35,527 nt of DNA from positions 1 through 35,527 of the IMG/VR virus record IMGVR_UViG_2734482778_000013; one strand, given 5' to 3'. The notes beneath the pieces were generated by a model. That model made no database searches. It was not told where the DNA came from and was given only the letters and a program-made list of their open reading frames with translations. The position numbers and the translations under genes are program-made. Of this stretch, positions 7,348 to 15,634 are shown in pieces (the first letter of the stretch is position 1; each line of letters opens with the position of its first letter). Source of the stretch: a virus (Duplodnaviria; Heunggongvirae; Uroviricota; Caudoviricetes).

Positions 7348-10170
7348 ATGACGGCAGAGTACATCAGGGACTGGCAACAACCGCGCCACGCAGTGGGGCG
7401 TGAAGGAACGGGGATCCCCGCTCCTGAATCCGCGCTTTCCTCCTGGCTGGATGCCTACCGGGTAGAGAACGAGCGCCGCCAGGAAATGGCTGATGCGGCG
7501 TTCTCCGCCACGCCGCTGGGCAACCTGATTAATAAAAGCCTGGACGCACAGGAAAAACAGGACAAAACCATCACACTGGCAGGAGACGCCAGAAAACAGG
7601 CACGCGGCGCGGTGGATGAAGCCATGGCCTCGCTGCGCCTGCTGCCGTCCTATCTGCGCGATCCGCTTATTCGCCACCTCTCCTTCCTGCGCAAAAAACA
7701 GGAAGCCGATCGCCGGAAAGGCAAAAAGAGCTGGCAGGCAGAACGCTATGCACGCGGAACCCTGCGCAAGATATTCGATCGCATTAACCGTGCCGACAGT
7801 CGCTGGCTGACACCGGGTTATCGCTCCCTCGCCGGACGTGAACGCCTGGATGATTTGCTTTACCTGCCGCAGCTCAACAAACACCAGATACAGACGCTGG
7901 CCACCATGACGGCGGCGATGTTCAGCAGCACCTTCGAAAAACTCTGCGATGGCTTTGGCGCGACCGATGGCGAGCTGACCATGGATGTAACCCTGAAGGC
8001 GTATCAGATGCTGGCCCGCATGGCGTTACACCTGCACGCCATGCCTCCACATTATGACGCACTGACAACAGACAAAGACCGGAGGAACGAACCGGACACG
8101 GAGCTGCTGCCGGGCGCAATCCTTCGCCTGACCTGTGCGGAATGGTGGAAACGCAAACTGTGGCTGTTACGTTGCGAGTGGAGAGAAGAACAACTCCGCG
8201 CCGCCTGTCTGGTTTCCAGAAAAACATCACCCTATCTGAGCCAGGACGCGTTAAGCGAGTTTCGCGCACAGCGCGAGAAAACACGCGATTTCCTGAAAAG
8301 TTTCATGCTGGAAAATGAAGACGGGTTCACGATTGATCTCGAGACGGTGTATTACGCGGGAGTAAGTAACCCGGTTCACCGTAAGGCAGAAATGATGGCC
8401 ACCATGAAGGGGCTGGAACTTCTGGTCGAAGCCCGTGGCGACAAAGCGGTGTTTCTGACTGTCACCTGCCCGTCAAAATACCACGCCACAACGGAGAACG
8501 GTCATCCGAATCCCAAATGGAACGGGGCCACAATGCGCGACTCCAGCGATTACCTGGTTAACACGTTTTTTGCGGCGGTCCGCAAGAAACTGAATCGCGA
8601 CGGCCTGCGCTGGTATGGCATCCGCACGGTGGAGCCTCACCATGACGGCACAGTGCACTGGCATATGATGGTCTTTGCACATCCGGAAGAAATCGACAGC
8701 ATCGTGGCCATCACCCGCGATATTGCCATTCAGGAAGACCGCCACGAGCTGGGCAATGATATTACTCCGCGCTTTAAGGTGGAGTATGTCGACGGCTCAA
8801 AAGGCACACCGACCAGCTATATCGCCACCTACATCGGAAAAAACCTGGACAGCCGCGCCGTGGATGGCATCGACCCGAAAACGGGCAAGCCACGCGTTGA
8901 CCACGAAACCGGAAAATCAATGGCCGAGAGCGTGGAGCGCGCCATCGGCTGGGCGCGCCTTCACCGCGTCCGCCAGTTCCAGTTCTTTGGCATCCCCTCC
9001 CGTCAGGTGTGGCGTGAACTGCGCCGCCTCGCCAGCCAGATGGCACGCAACCCGGAAGGCCCGCAACGGCTGAAGGATGACGCAATGGATGCGGTTCTTG
9101 CTGCCGCTGATGCCGGGTGTTTTGCCTCCTACATTGAAAAACAGGGTGGCGTACTTGTTCCACGCAAGGACTACCTGATTCGCACCGCCTACGACCTCGC
9201 AGATGAGCTGAACGATTACGGCGAGCAGGGCGTACAGATTTACGGGATCTGGTCACCACTCATCGGGGAATCCTCCCGTGTGTGCACGCATCCGGATAAC
9301 TGGAAGCTGGTAAGACGCAAACCGGAAGCGGAAGACAGCGCCCGCGAAAATGGTTTTGACCTTCAGGGCGGCCCTGCCGCCCCTTGGACTCGTGGCAATA
9401 ACTGTCCCCGTGTACAGGAAACAGGCAACAACGGGACAGAACAGCCGGAAGAACGGCCAGCACCGTGGCCGCAGATTCCTGACGGCGTTGAAGTGAATGA
9501 ATGGATGCGCTCACTGAAACGGCACGAACGCCGGGCGCTGATGCGTTCGCTTCGTGACAAACAGGCAAAAAACAGCAGTGATGAAATGCAAAGCTGGACA
9601 CAGAGCCGCAAACAGCAGCGGCCTTTGCCTGATAACCACGAATTACTCGCTAAAGAATGGCGGGAGTCTGCTGAATCTCTCGGCCTGCATATTGGTGAAC
9701 AGCAGATGCAGCACCTGTTACGGGGCGGCAGTCTGTACGTTGACGGCAGCATCATTGCACCGCAGGGATTTGAAATTGTACGCAAACCGGATACCCGCCC
9801 GGACAGCCGAATCACGCAGCTCTGGCAGCGCCTGAGCCGTAATCACGGCGTAAGCAGCACGGAGATCCGCCATAACCCGGCCGCCAGCTATCTGGAACAG
9901 CTGGGGGCATCAGACCCCGAAGCCGCCGCACGTCTGGCATCCACACTTCAGCAGGACCAGAACACCATGAAAACCCCCGTTACCGTGCTTTCTGACATGC
10001 TGCGCGCCATCCGCGACGCAGAGCATGCACAGAGAATCAGTGAAACCACTGAACGCGCCCGCCGCAAAGCAGACCTGCTGCGGGGTGGCCTGACAAGTGG
10101 AAACAAAAAACAGACAGAAACGGGATTCACAAATCCCGTAAATGAGCAAAAAACGCGCCGCGATATATGA
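7348..10170 (+). CDS. A: Rolling-circle replication initiator endonuclease (P2 gpA family), with long C-terminal extension
   Basis: HUH motif VHWHMMVFAHPEE and paired catalytic tyrosines YIATYIGKN; 940 aa (longer than P2 gpA); position after early operon. Confidence 0.85.
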   Translation: MTAEYIRDWQQPRHAVGREGTGIPAPESALSSWLDAYRVENERRQEMADAAFSATPLGNLINKSLDAQEKQDKTITLAGDARKQARGAVDEAMASLRLLPSYLRDPLIRHLSFLRKKQEADRRKGKKSWQAERYARGTLRKIFDRINRADSRWLTPGYRSLAGRERLDDLLYLPQLNKHQIQTLATMTAAMFSSTFEKLCDGFGATDGELTMDVTLKAYQMLARMALHLHAMPPHYDALTTDKDRRNEPDTELLPGAILRLTCAEWWKRKLWLLRCEWREEQLRAACLVSRKTSPYLSQDALSEFRAQREKTRDFLKSFMLENEDGFTIDLETVYYAGVSNPVHRKAEMMATMKGLELLVEARGDKAVFLTVTCPSKYHATTENGHPNPKWNGATMRDSSDYLVNTFFAAVRKKLNRDGLRWYGIRTVEPHHDGTVHWHMMVFAHPEEIDSIVAITRDIAIQEDRHELGNDITPRFKVEYVDGSKGTPTSYIATYIGKNLDSRAVDGIDPKTGKPRVDHETGKSMAESVERAIGWARLHRVRQFQFFGIPSRQVWRELRRLASQMARNPEGPQRLKDDAMDAVLAAADAGCFASYIEKQGGVLVPRKDYLIRTAYDLADELNDYGEQGVQIYGIWSPLIGESSRVCTHPDNWKLVRRKPEAEDSARENGFDLQGGPAAPWTRGNNCPRVQETGNNGTEQPEERPAPWPQIPDGVEVNEWMRSLKRHERRALMRSLRDKQAKNSSDEMQSWTQSRKQQRPLPDNHELLAKEWRESAESLGLHIGEQQMQHLLRGGSLYVDGSIIAPQGFEIVRKPDTRPDSRITQLWQRLSRNHGVSSTEIRHNPAASYLEQLGASDPEAAARLASTLQQDQNTMKTPVTVLSDMLRAIRDAEHAQRISETTERARRKADLLRGGLTSGNKKQTETGFTNPVNEQKTRRDI

Positions 10171-10217
10171 AGCGCGCATAAAACAGGCAAAAACGGGATT
10201 TAAAAATCCCGTAAACG
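10117..10217. promoter_or_regulatory. Two copies of a ~25-bp palindromic repeat; candidate parC-like centromere/ParR operator (alternative: replication-associated site)
   Basis: AAACGGGATTcacAAATCCCGTAAA at about 10118-10143 and AAACGGGATTtaaAAATCCCGTAAA at about 10191-10216, each an 8-bp-arm inverted repeat; the second overlaps the presumptive parM promoter. Confidence 0.5.
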
Positions 10218-10246
10218 ATTAATTAATCAACATAAGGAAAAGCGAC

Positions 10247-11206
10247 ATGAAAATTTGTATCGACGACGGCTCCACCAACATCAAGCTGGCATGGACTGAG
10301 AACGGCGAACGCCGCAACGCCATCAGCCCGAACAGCTTCAAGTCGGAATGGTCTGCGCCGTTCGGTGGCACGCAGCCCGCGAACTACATGCTTGATGGTG
10401 TGCGCTATGGTTTTGATCCGGTCAGCGATCGCTTTGTCCAGACGACCGACACGCAATACCAGTACAGCGATGTGAATGTCATTGCCATTCATCACGCGCT
10501 GGTCAAATCAGGCATCACGCCACAGGAGGTGGATGTGGTTGTCACCCTGCCACTGAGCGAGTATTTCGACACAAACGCACAGCCGGACATGGCCAACATC
10601 AACCGCAAAAAAGCGAACGTCATGCGCCCGGTGGAGTACCAGAACGGCGAAGCATTCACTATCCGTAACGTACGGGTTATGCCTGAATCCATTCCGGCTG
10701 GCTTTAAAGCACTGGCCGACATGAGTCCGTTTGAATCCCTGCTGATTGTGGATTTGGGCGGAACCACGCTGGATGTGGCAAAGGTTCAGGGGCAGCTGGC
10801 AGGTATCAGCCAGGTGTTTTGCGATCCACACGTAGGCGTTTCTCTGATGGCCGATGCCGTGCTGTCGGTGATGGCCACCAACGGTATGCGCACCAGTCAC
10901 CACATCGCCAATACCATTATCGAACATCGCCACGATGAAGCCTGGCTGCGCCAGCACATCCACAATGACGCGCATTACGCCAGCCTGATGGCAGTTATTC
11001 GTGAAAAGGAAGAAACACTGAAACAACGCGTGATCCGCGCGCTGGCGGGTTTTTCGGGTTACGGGCGGGTGATGGTTGTAGGTGGAGGAGCGGAGATTGT
11101 GGCACCCGCTATCTGCGAAGCCTGCGGAGTTAATGCGACTTTCATCGCGGACGGGGTGCCACAGTTTGCTCTGGTTAATGGGCTGTACGCAATGGACCAG
11201 GAGTAA
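10247..11206 (+). CDS. parM: ParM/StbA-family actin-like segregation ATPase
   Basis: Strong resemblance along the whole length to plasmid R1 ParM as recalled (IDDGSTNIKL..., YSDVNV..HHAL, VMPESIPAG, LIIDLGGTTLD, GGGAE, LVNG); AAGGAAAAG RBS. Confidence 0.85.
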   Translation: MKICIDDGSTNIKLAWTENGERRNAISPNSFKSEWSAPFGGTQPANYMLDGVRYGFDPVSDRFVQTTDTQYQYSDVNVIAIHHALVKSGITPQEVDVVVTLPLSEYFDTNAQPDMANINRKKANVMRPVEYQNGEAFTIRNVRVMPESIPAGFKALADMSPFESLLIVDLGGTTLDVAKVQGQLAGISQVFCDPHVGVSLMADAVLSVMATNGMRTSHHIANTIIEHRHDEAWLRQHIHNDAHYASLMAVIREKEETLKQRVIRALAGFSGYGRVMVVGGGAEIVAPAICEACGVNATFIADGVPQFALVNGLYAMDQE

Positions 11207-11210
11207 ATCA

Positions 11211-11525
11211 ATGACGACACCAACCAGACGGATAAGTTTCTATCTGAAGCCCACCGTCGTCAAGAGCGAACGGGAGGCGTGCAGTTACCTCGACAGCCTG
11301 CCAGCCTCCGAACGCAGCCGCGCACAACGCGCGGCTTTTCTGGCCGGACTGGCTCTTATAAAACGCACCCCCGCGTTGGCGTATTCGCTGGCAGAATGGT
11401 CAGAAGACGAAATACGGATGCCACCGCTACCAGTACAGCCTGAAAAACCGGCGCAACCAGCAGCAGACAGCGCCCCCCATATGCAGCAGGTGAAAAAGAA
11501 TATTCAGGCGTTTTTCCCGAAGTGA
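11211..11525 (+). CDS. parR: ParR/StbB-family centromere-binding adaptor
   Basis: N-terminal RHH-like region ISFYLKPTVVKSEREACSYLDSLPASERSRAQRAAFLAGLAL parallels R1 ParR as recalled; GGAG RBS; directly downstream of parM. Confidence 0.75.
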   Translation: MTTPTRRISFYLKPTVVKSEREACSYLDSLPASERSRAQRAAFLAGLALIKRTPALAYSLAEWSEDEIRMPPLPVQPEKPAQPAADSAPHMQQVKKNIQAFFPK

Positions 11526-11539
11526 AAACAGGAGTAACT

Positions 11540-11827
11540 ATGTCCACCATTACCAAAGAATGGTTACAACGTAAAATCACAGAGTTTAAATCGTGGCGCG
11601 AAGACATCCCGTTCGGTCTTGATGAAGACGATCACAATATGTTAATCGCACTGGAAATCGCACTTGCATCACTGGAAGCAGAGCCAGTGGCATGGATGCA
11701 CGCAAATAATCCTATTGGAATACCGGCGATAACAAGAAGTAAAGATGTTGCAGACAGCTGGCGCTCTAAGGGATGGAATGTATTGCCTCTTTATTCACTG
11801 ACCCGCTCCATCAATTTATGCCATTAA
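11540..11827 (+). CDS. Hypothetical protein (AT-rich cargo)
   Basis: 95-aa ORF from ATG 11540 with AGGAG RBS; track start 11522 is an upstream GTG. Confidence 0.5.
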   Translation: MSTITKEWLQRKITEFKSWREDIPFGLDEDDHNMLIALEIALASLEAEPVAWMHANNPIGIPAITRSKDVADSWRSKGWNVLPLYSLTRSINLCH

Positions 11828-11838
11828 TGGAAGTAATC

Positions 11839-12198
11839 ATGATGAAAGATAATTCCGGAAGCCAGCGTGCATCAGTTGCAGTTATGGTAATGATTAAATT
11901 TGTGAAACAGTACACCGGAAAGCCAATCTCGCTCCGGCAATTAAGCAAAGAAACCGTTTCACTGTCATATCTGGAGCAAATATTCAGATATTTACGGGAA
12001 AGTAGCCTGGTAAAAGCCACACGCGGCCCGGGTGGTGGATATATCCCAACAAAAGAAAATTACAGTGTTGGTGATATTGTCCGGGCAATGAAGTGTTCCG
12101 GATTATATACACAGCACGTTATTCTGGCTGCACTGGATAATATTTCTTTAACCAGCCTGCAGGAAGACACAAATTATCAGTTGTCTGCCATTAAATAA
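11839..12198 (+). CDS. Rrf2-family (IscR/NsrR-like) transcriptional regulator
   Basis: Rrf2 HTH signature ISLRQLSKETVSLSYLEQIFRYLRESSLVKATRGPGGGY; lacks the 3-Cys cluster ligands; low-GC region; GGAAG RBS before ATG 11839. Confidence 0.7.
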   Translation: MMKDNSGSQRASVAVMVMIKFVKQYTGKPISLRQLSKETVSLSYLEQIFRYLRESSLVKATRGPGGGYIPTKENYSVGDIVRAMKCSGLYTQHVILAALDNISLTSLQEDTNYQLSAIK

Positions 12199-12252
12199 GA
12201 AAACCCGGAACGGGTGCGCAAATTCTTTGTGCGCCCGTTCCGGGTTGGACAA
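12199..12252 (-). terminator. Long hairpin terminator downstream of ogr-like gene
   Basis: AACCCGGAACGGGTGCGCAAA-TTC-TTTGTGCGCCCGTTCCGGGTT, about 21-bp stem allowing G-U pairs; on the minus strand it is followed by TTTTCTTATTT. Confidence 0.55.
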
Positions 12253-12266
12253 GCGAAGCGCGTCAG

Positions 12267-12524
12267 CTATCCGGCCTGCAACAACTCCAGAGCCATTTGT
12301 TTTTCTTCCGGACGCATCCGCTCAATCAACAGCTTTAACACACCATTCTCCAGCCCGCTGGGCACCAGTGTGTGCGAGTAGGTCAGATTCATCACCCAGG
12401 TATGTCCGCACTCGAGACGGGTGCAACGGTAATACACATCAGCAAACTGATCGGTTTTCCAGGCTGTTTTCTCAATCACTGCATGTGCACCGCAGCAATG
12501 ACATCGCGCTTTCTGTCTGCGCAT
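12267..12524 (-). CDS. ogr: Ogr/Delta-family zinc-finger late-gene transcriptional activator
   Basis: C-x2-C-x22-C-x4-C arrangement (RCHCC...YYRCTRLECGHTW) matching P2 Ogr spacing as recalled; strong RBS GGGAGG before ATG at 12524; longer ORF-track start at 12593 rejected. Confidence 0.7.
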   Translation of the reverse strand: MRRQKARCHCCGAHAVIEKTAWKTDQFADVYYRCTRLECGHTWVMNLTYSHTLVPSGLENGVLKLLIERMRPEEKQMALELLQAG

Positions 12525-12568
12525 TTTCCACCTCCCGGAACAGCGTTTTACTGCCACCGATTTTACCC

Positions 12569-12588
12569 GCTCTTTCCCCATACCGCAC
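12569..12588. other. Candidate cos (cohesive end) site
   Basis: Minus-strand GTGCGGTATGGGGAAAGAGC shares the GGGGAAAG core and flanks with P2/186 cos as recalled; located at the 3' end of portal gene Q as in P2. Confidence 0.3.
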
Positions 12589-12589
12589 A

Positions 12590-13624
12590 TCACTCCATGG
12601 GTTCATCAAAATCAAGAATAAATTTCACCTCCCCCAGTCGTCTGATATCCGGGTCGCTGTTGATCCCCTCCATAATCAGGCGGCGCATCGGGATAACCTC
12701 ATCCCTGTAATATGCCTCGCGGGATTTCAGTGGGTCACCAAGCCCGGCCGTATTTGCGGGAATGATGCCGGCAAGTCCGGGTGGGAAACGGTGCGCAACG
12801 AGCTGATCCTGGGCACTGATGGTTTTTATATTCAGGAACTCATCTTTTGTACCTGAATCCCCGATAGGGATCACCTTAACGCCTTCTTTGTCTCCGCCCG
12901 GTATATTGATAAACATGGATTTAAAGTTGCCCGCCCCTTTTGACGCCTCTATCTTTTTACGGAATTCCGCCTCGAGCTCGGGATCCATGTCCGGGTCAGT
13001 GGAATACAGGATATAACCAAGATGTGCGCCGTTCTTGTAATACTTGCGGCGAAAGCGGGTGGCATCCACATTCAGCATGGCAGATTCCATCCCGTGAATA
13101 TAATCCGGGACACCGTAAACCTGCTGTTGTGGGTCATAAATTGCCACGAACACCACTTCGCCTGGCGGGTAAACGAGATCTTCCAGTGCCGCCTGCACAA
13201 TCACCGTGCCACCTTCGTTGTTGCGCCGCAGGTACAGAGAAGGCAACGTATGCAGGCGCACCACCCGCCCGAAGCCATTGCGCACTTTAAGCAGCCCCAT
13301 ATCCCCGAATATCAGCAGATTGGTCACCGCTGCCGCCATGGCGGCGTGTGTCATACCACCACCACCCCGAAAACCCTGCATGATCATATTGACGCGCGCA
13401 CGCAATACCGCGCCGTGATACGGTGCGATATTGGCCAACATAGCGAGATCCATGCGCTCAATGGGCGGCGTGTACCAGCCGTTATAGCCATCCCAGAGCG
13501 AGCCGTAATAACAGCCCCATGCAGCGACTGGTTCCGGGTCACCAAATTCAATAAACGTCATTTTGCTGGCTGTTTTTTTTGCCACGCCATCGTGTAGCAC
13601 GGGGGATTTTTTCTTTTTACTCAT
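12590..13624 (-). CDS. Q: Portal protein (P2 gpQ-like)
   Basis: 344 aa, same length as P2 Q; 8-nt overlap with terminase gene; synteny Q-P | O-N-M-L. Confidence 0.9.
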   Translation of the reverse strand: MSKKKKSPVLHDGVAKKTASKMTFIEFGDPEPVAAWGCYYGSLWDGYNGWYTPPIERMDLAMLANIAPYHGAVLRARVNMIMQGFRGGGGMTHAAMAAAVTNLLIFGDMGLLKVRNGFGRVVRLHTLPSLYLRRNNEGGTVIVQAALEDLVYPPGEVVFVAIYDPQQQVYGVPDYIHGMESAMLNVDATRFRRKYYKNGAHLGYILYSTDPDMDPELEAEFRKKIEASKGAGNFKSMFINIPGGDKEGVKVIPIGDSGTKDEFLNIKTISAQDQLVAHRFPPGLAGIIPANTAGLGDPLKSREAYYRDEVIPMRRLIMEGINSDPDIRRLGEVKFILDFDEPME

Positions 13625-15404
13625 CTGACAGGATCCATGTTGATTTGCGCTTGTGCTTATAGTTCAGAGGTTCATTACTTGCGGCATGAGCTATGGCAAA
13701 GAAGATGTCAGCGTGCCCGGTTTCTTCGCTGCGTTCGGCGGTGAAAGTGACTTTATTGCCACTGTTAGTGGACTCCTGACGAATGGCCAGGAACGATGCC
13801 GGAATATCTGTGGCTTCTTCATCCCACTCAATACGGTTGGCGTAAATCAGATCCAGCATCTTCATCACCAGGCGGTTTTTGGATTCAACGCTGTAATGAA
13901 TGGCCACTGTTTCACGGCGGGCAAATCCCTGGACCAGCTCAAAGACACCGTAGCCAAGACCGGTGACGTCAATGCCGATAAATGTCATGTTATAGCGCGC
14001 CTTAATGCTGCGGATACGCTCTGCCATAAACTGGAATGACATGCTGCGCCAGTGGTGTTTTTCCAGCACGCGGAATCGTTCTGCCGCAACCAGCGGCGGT
14101 GCCAGTACCACAAACGTGGCGTTATCGCCGGAGCGCGCAGGGTCAAAGCCACCCCACACCTCACAGTTACCAAATGGCATGGGCTCTTCCGGGTGAAAGT
14201 CCTCCCACGTACTGACATCAACACCACAGCGCACAAGGTCATCAAATTTAAAGACGCTCTCTTTGTCGTCCACAAACACGCACATAAACAGCATATTGAA
14301 CGCTGTTTCGTTGTACCGTTCGCGCAGCTCGTTGATGTCAGCAAGGTTAAAGCCGCCGGCAATGGCATCTTCCAGCGTAACCACATAGCGCCACTGACCA
14401 TCCGGGCATTCGCGCCCGCCATCGCGCAGCTCATCAAAGGACGGAAACTCAACCCCTTTTCGTTTCGGATCGCCTTTGCGCCATTCATCGCCAGACCAGA
14501 ACGGATAGCCCTGATGGGTTTTGGTTGACGGCGTGGAGAAGTAGGTAATGCGCCAGTGCGAGTGGGTGGCCATACCGGACGCCACTTCATTGAGGCGACG
14601 AAAGCCGGGGATCCACAGATATTCGTCAATGTACAGGTGGCCGCTGTTTGACTGCGCCGTGTTACTGTTGGTCGCCAGAAAATACAGTTCAGCCAGATTA
14701 CTTAACTTAACCGGGTTGCCTTTAATGGGAATGCCAAATTCCGTCTGTGCAATCTTAACGATATAGGTGCGGAACACTTCGGCCTGACGTTTTGATGCCG
14801 ATAAAAATATCTGTGTGTCGCCGGTTAATACCGCATCTTCAAATGCCTCAAACGCGAAGTAATACGTCGCCCCAATCTGGCGCGATTTAAGCAGGTTGCG
14901 TACACGACGGAATTTGTTTTCACGCAGGTGCAACTGATAAGCGAACAGTTTTTTGGTAAACGGCTCAAAACTTTCAGCAGTCAGCCCGGAAACGTCATTA
15001 GCTTTACGGGGGCGCTCTTTCTTACCTGCACCTTTTTCTCCGCGTTCTTCTTTTCCATAACGACCAGGCTGAGGAATGTCCGCCCCCATTCGTGCAATCT
15101 CAGCCATTCGCTCCGTGTGCTTGTTTCTGACCGACATCAGTTTGACGTGGTGGCCAATCAGGCGATCGAGTTCATCGTGTTCTTCCGGCGTTTTATGGTC
15201 ACGCTCCGCCAGTACAGCGAGACGCCGGGCGATGACATCCTCCACGCCCTCAGTATTAAGCTGTGTGTACCACTCAAACTTTGTCGCCCAGTAATAAACA
15301 ATTCGTGGGCTGTTCAGTCCGAGCTTCTTTTGTATTTCTTTTGGGGTGTGCCTTTTCAGATAGAGTGATTTTGCTGCGGCAATAACTTCATCAGAATAAG
15401 CCAT
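13617..15404 (-). CDS. P: Terminase large subunit (P2 gpP-like)
   Basis: 595 aa; position and overlap with Q; divergent from O. Confidence 0.9.
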   Translation of the reverse strand: MAYSDEVIAAAKSLYLKRHTPKEIQKKLGLNSPRIVYYWATKFEWYTQLNTEGVEDVIARRLAVLAERDHKTPEEHDELDRLIGHHVKLMSVRNKHTERMAEIARMGADIPQPGRYGKEERGEKGAGKKERPRKANDVSGLTAESFEPFTKKLFAYQLHLRENKFRRVRNLLKSRQIGATYYFAFEAFEDAVLTGDTQIFLSASKRQAEVFRTYIVKIAQTEFGIPIKGNPVKLSNLAELYFLATNSNTAQSNSGHLYIDEYLWIPGFRRLNEVASGMATHSHWRITYFSTPSTKTHQGYPFWSGDEWRKGDPKRKGVEFPSFDELRDGGRECPDGQWRYVVTLEDAIAGGFNLADINELRERYNETAFNMLFMCVFVDDKESVFKFDDLVRCGVDVSTWEDFHPEEPMPFGNCEVWGGFDPARSGDNATFVVLAPPLVAAERFRVLEKHHWRSMSFQFMAERIRSIKARYNMTFIGIDVTGLGYGVFELVQGFARRETVAIHYSVESKNRLVMKMLDLIYANRIEWDEEATDIPASFLAIRQESTNSGNKVTFTAERSEETGHADIFFAIAHAASNEPLNYKHKRKSTWILSDE

Positions 15405-15634
15405 AAACTACCTGTGGAATTTATTTTAATGGGTTTTCACCTTTTTTCGGTTCGTTCCGTAACGTTCCGTAATATCCCATTATTTGCCGCAGGCATTTTT
15501 TTAACGATTATCTGTTTTCGGTATTTTTCGGATATATGCGCATATCCGAAAGTACCGGAAATTAATCAGGTGACGGCTTTTTTATTTCCCACTTAAATAA
15601 CGCTCAGTTAATTTTTATCAGCGGGTTAATTCAG
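15405..15634. promoter_or_regulatory. Divergent late promoter region (P and O operons) with perfect 24-bp palindrome and tandem repeat
   Basis: Perfect palindrome TTCGGATATATGCGCATATCCGAA at 15527-15550; tandem CGTTCCGTAA x2 at 15452-15471; AT-rich. Confidence 0.55.

Noticed and set aside
6808-7884. 358-aa minus-strand ORF
   Set aside because: Antisense to the 6976-7341 gene and the start of gpA; Cys/Phe/Ala-rich low-complexity translation typical of GC-rich antisense frames; no RBS.
8473-9815. Several 90-160-aa minus-strand ORFs inside gpA
   Set aside because: All lie antisense within the well-supported replication gene; Arg/Cys/Pro-rich compositions; no start context.
12525-12593. Longer ogr start at 12593 (track ORF 12267..12593)
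   Set aside because: The strong GGGAGG RBS precedes the internal ATG at 12524, and the longer form would overlap the portal stop and candidate cos.
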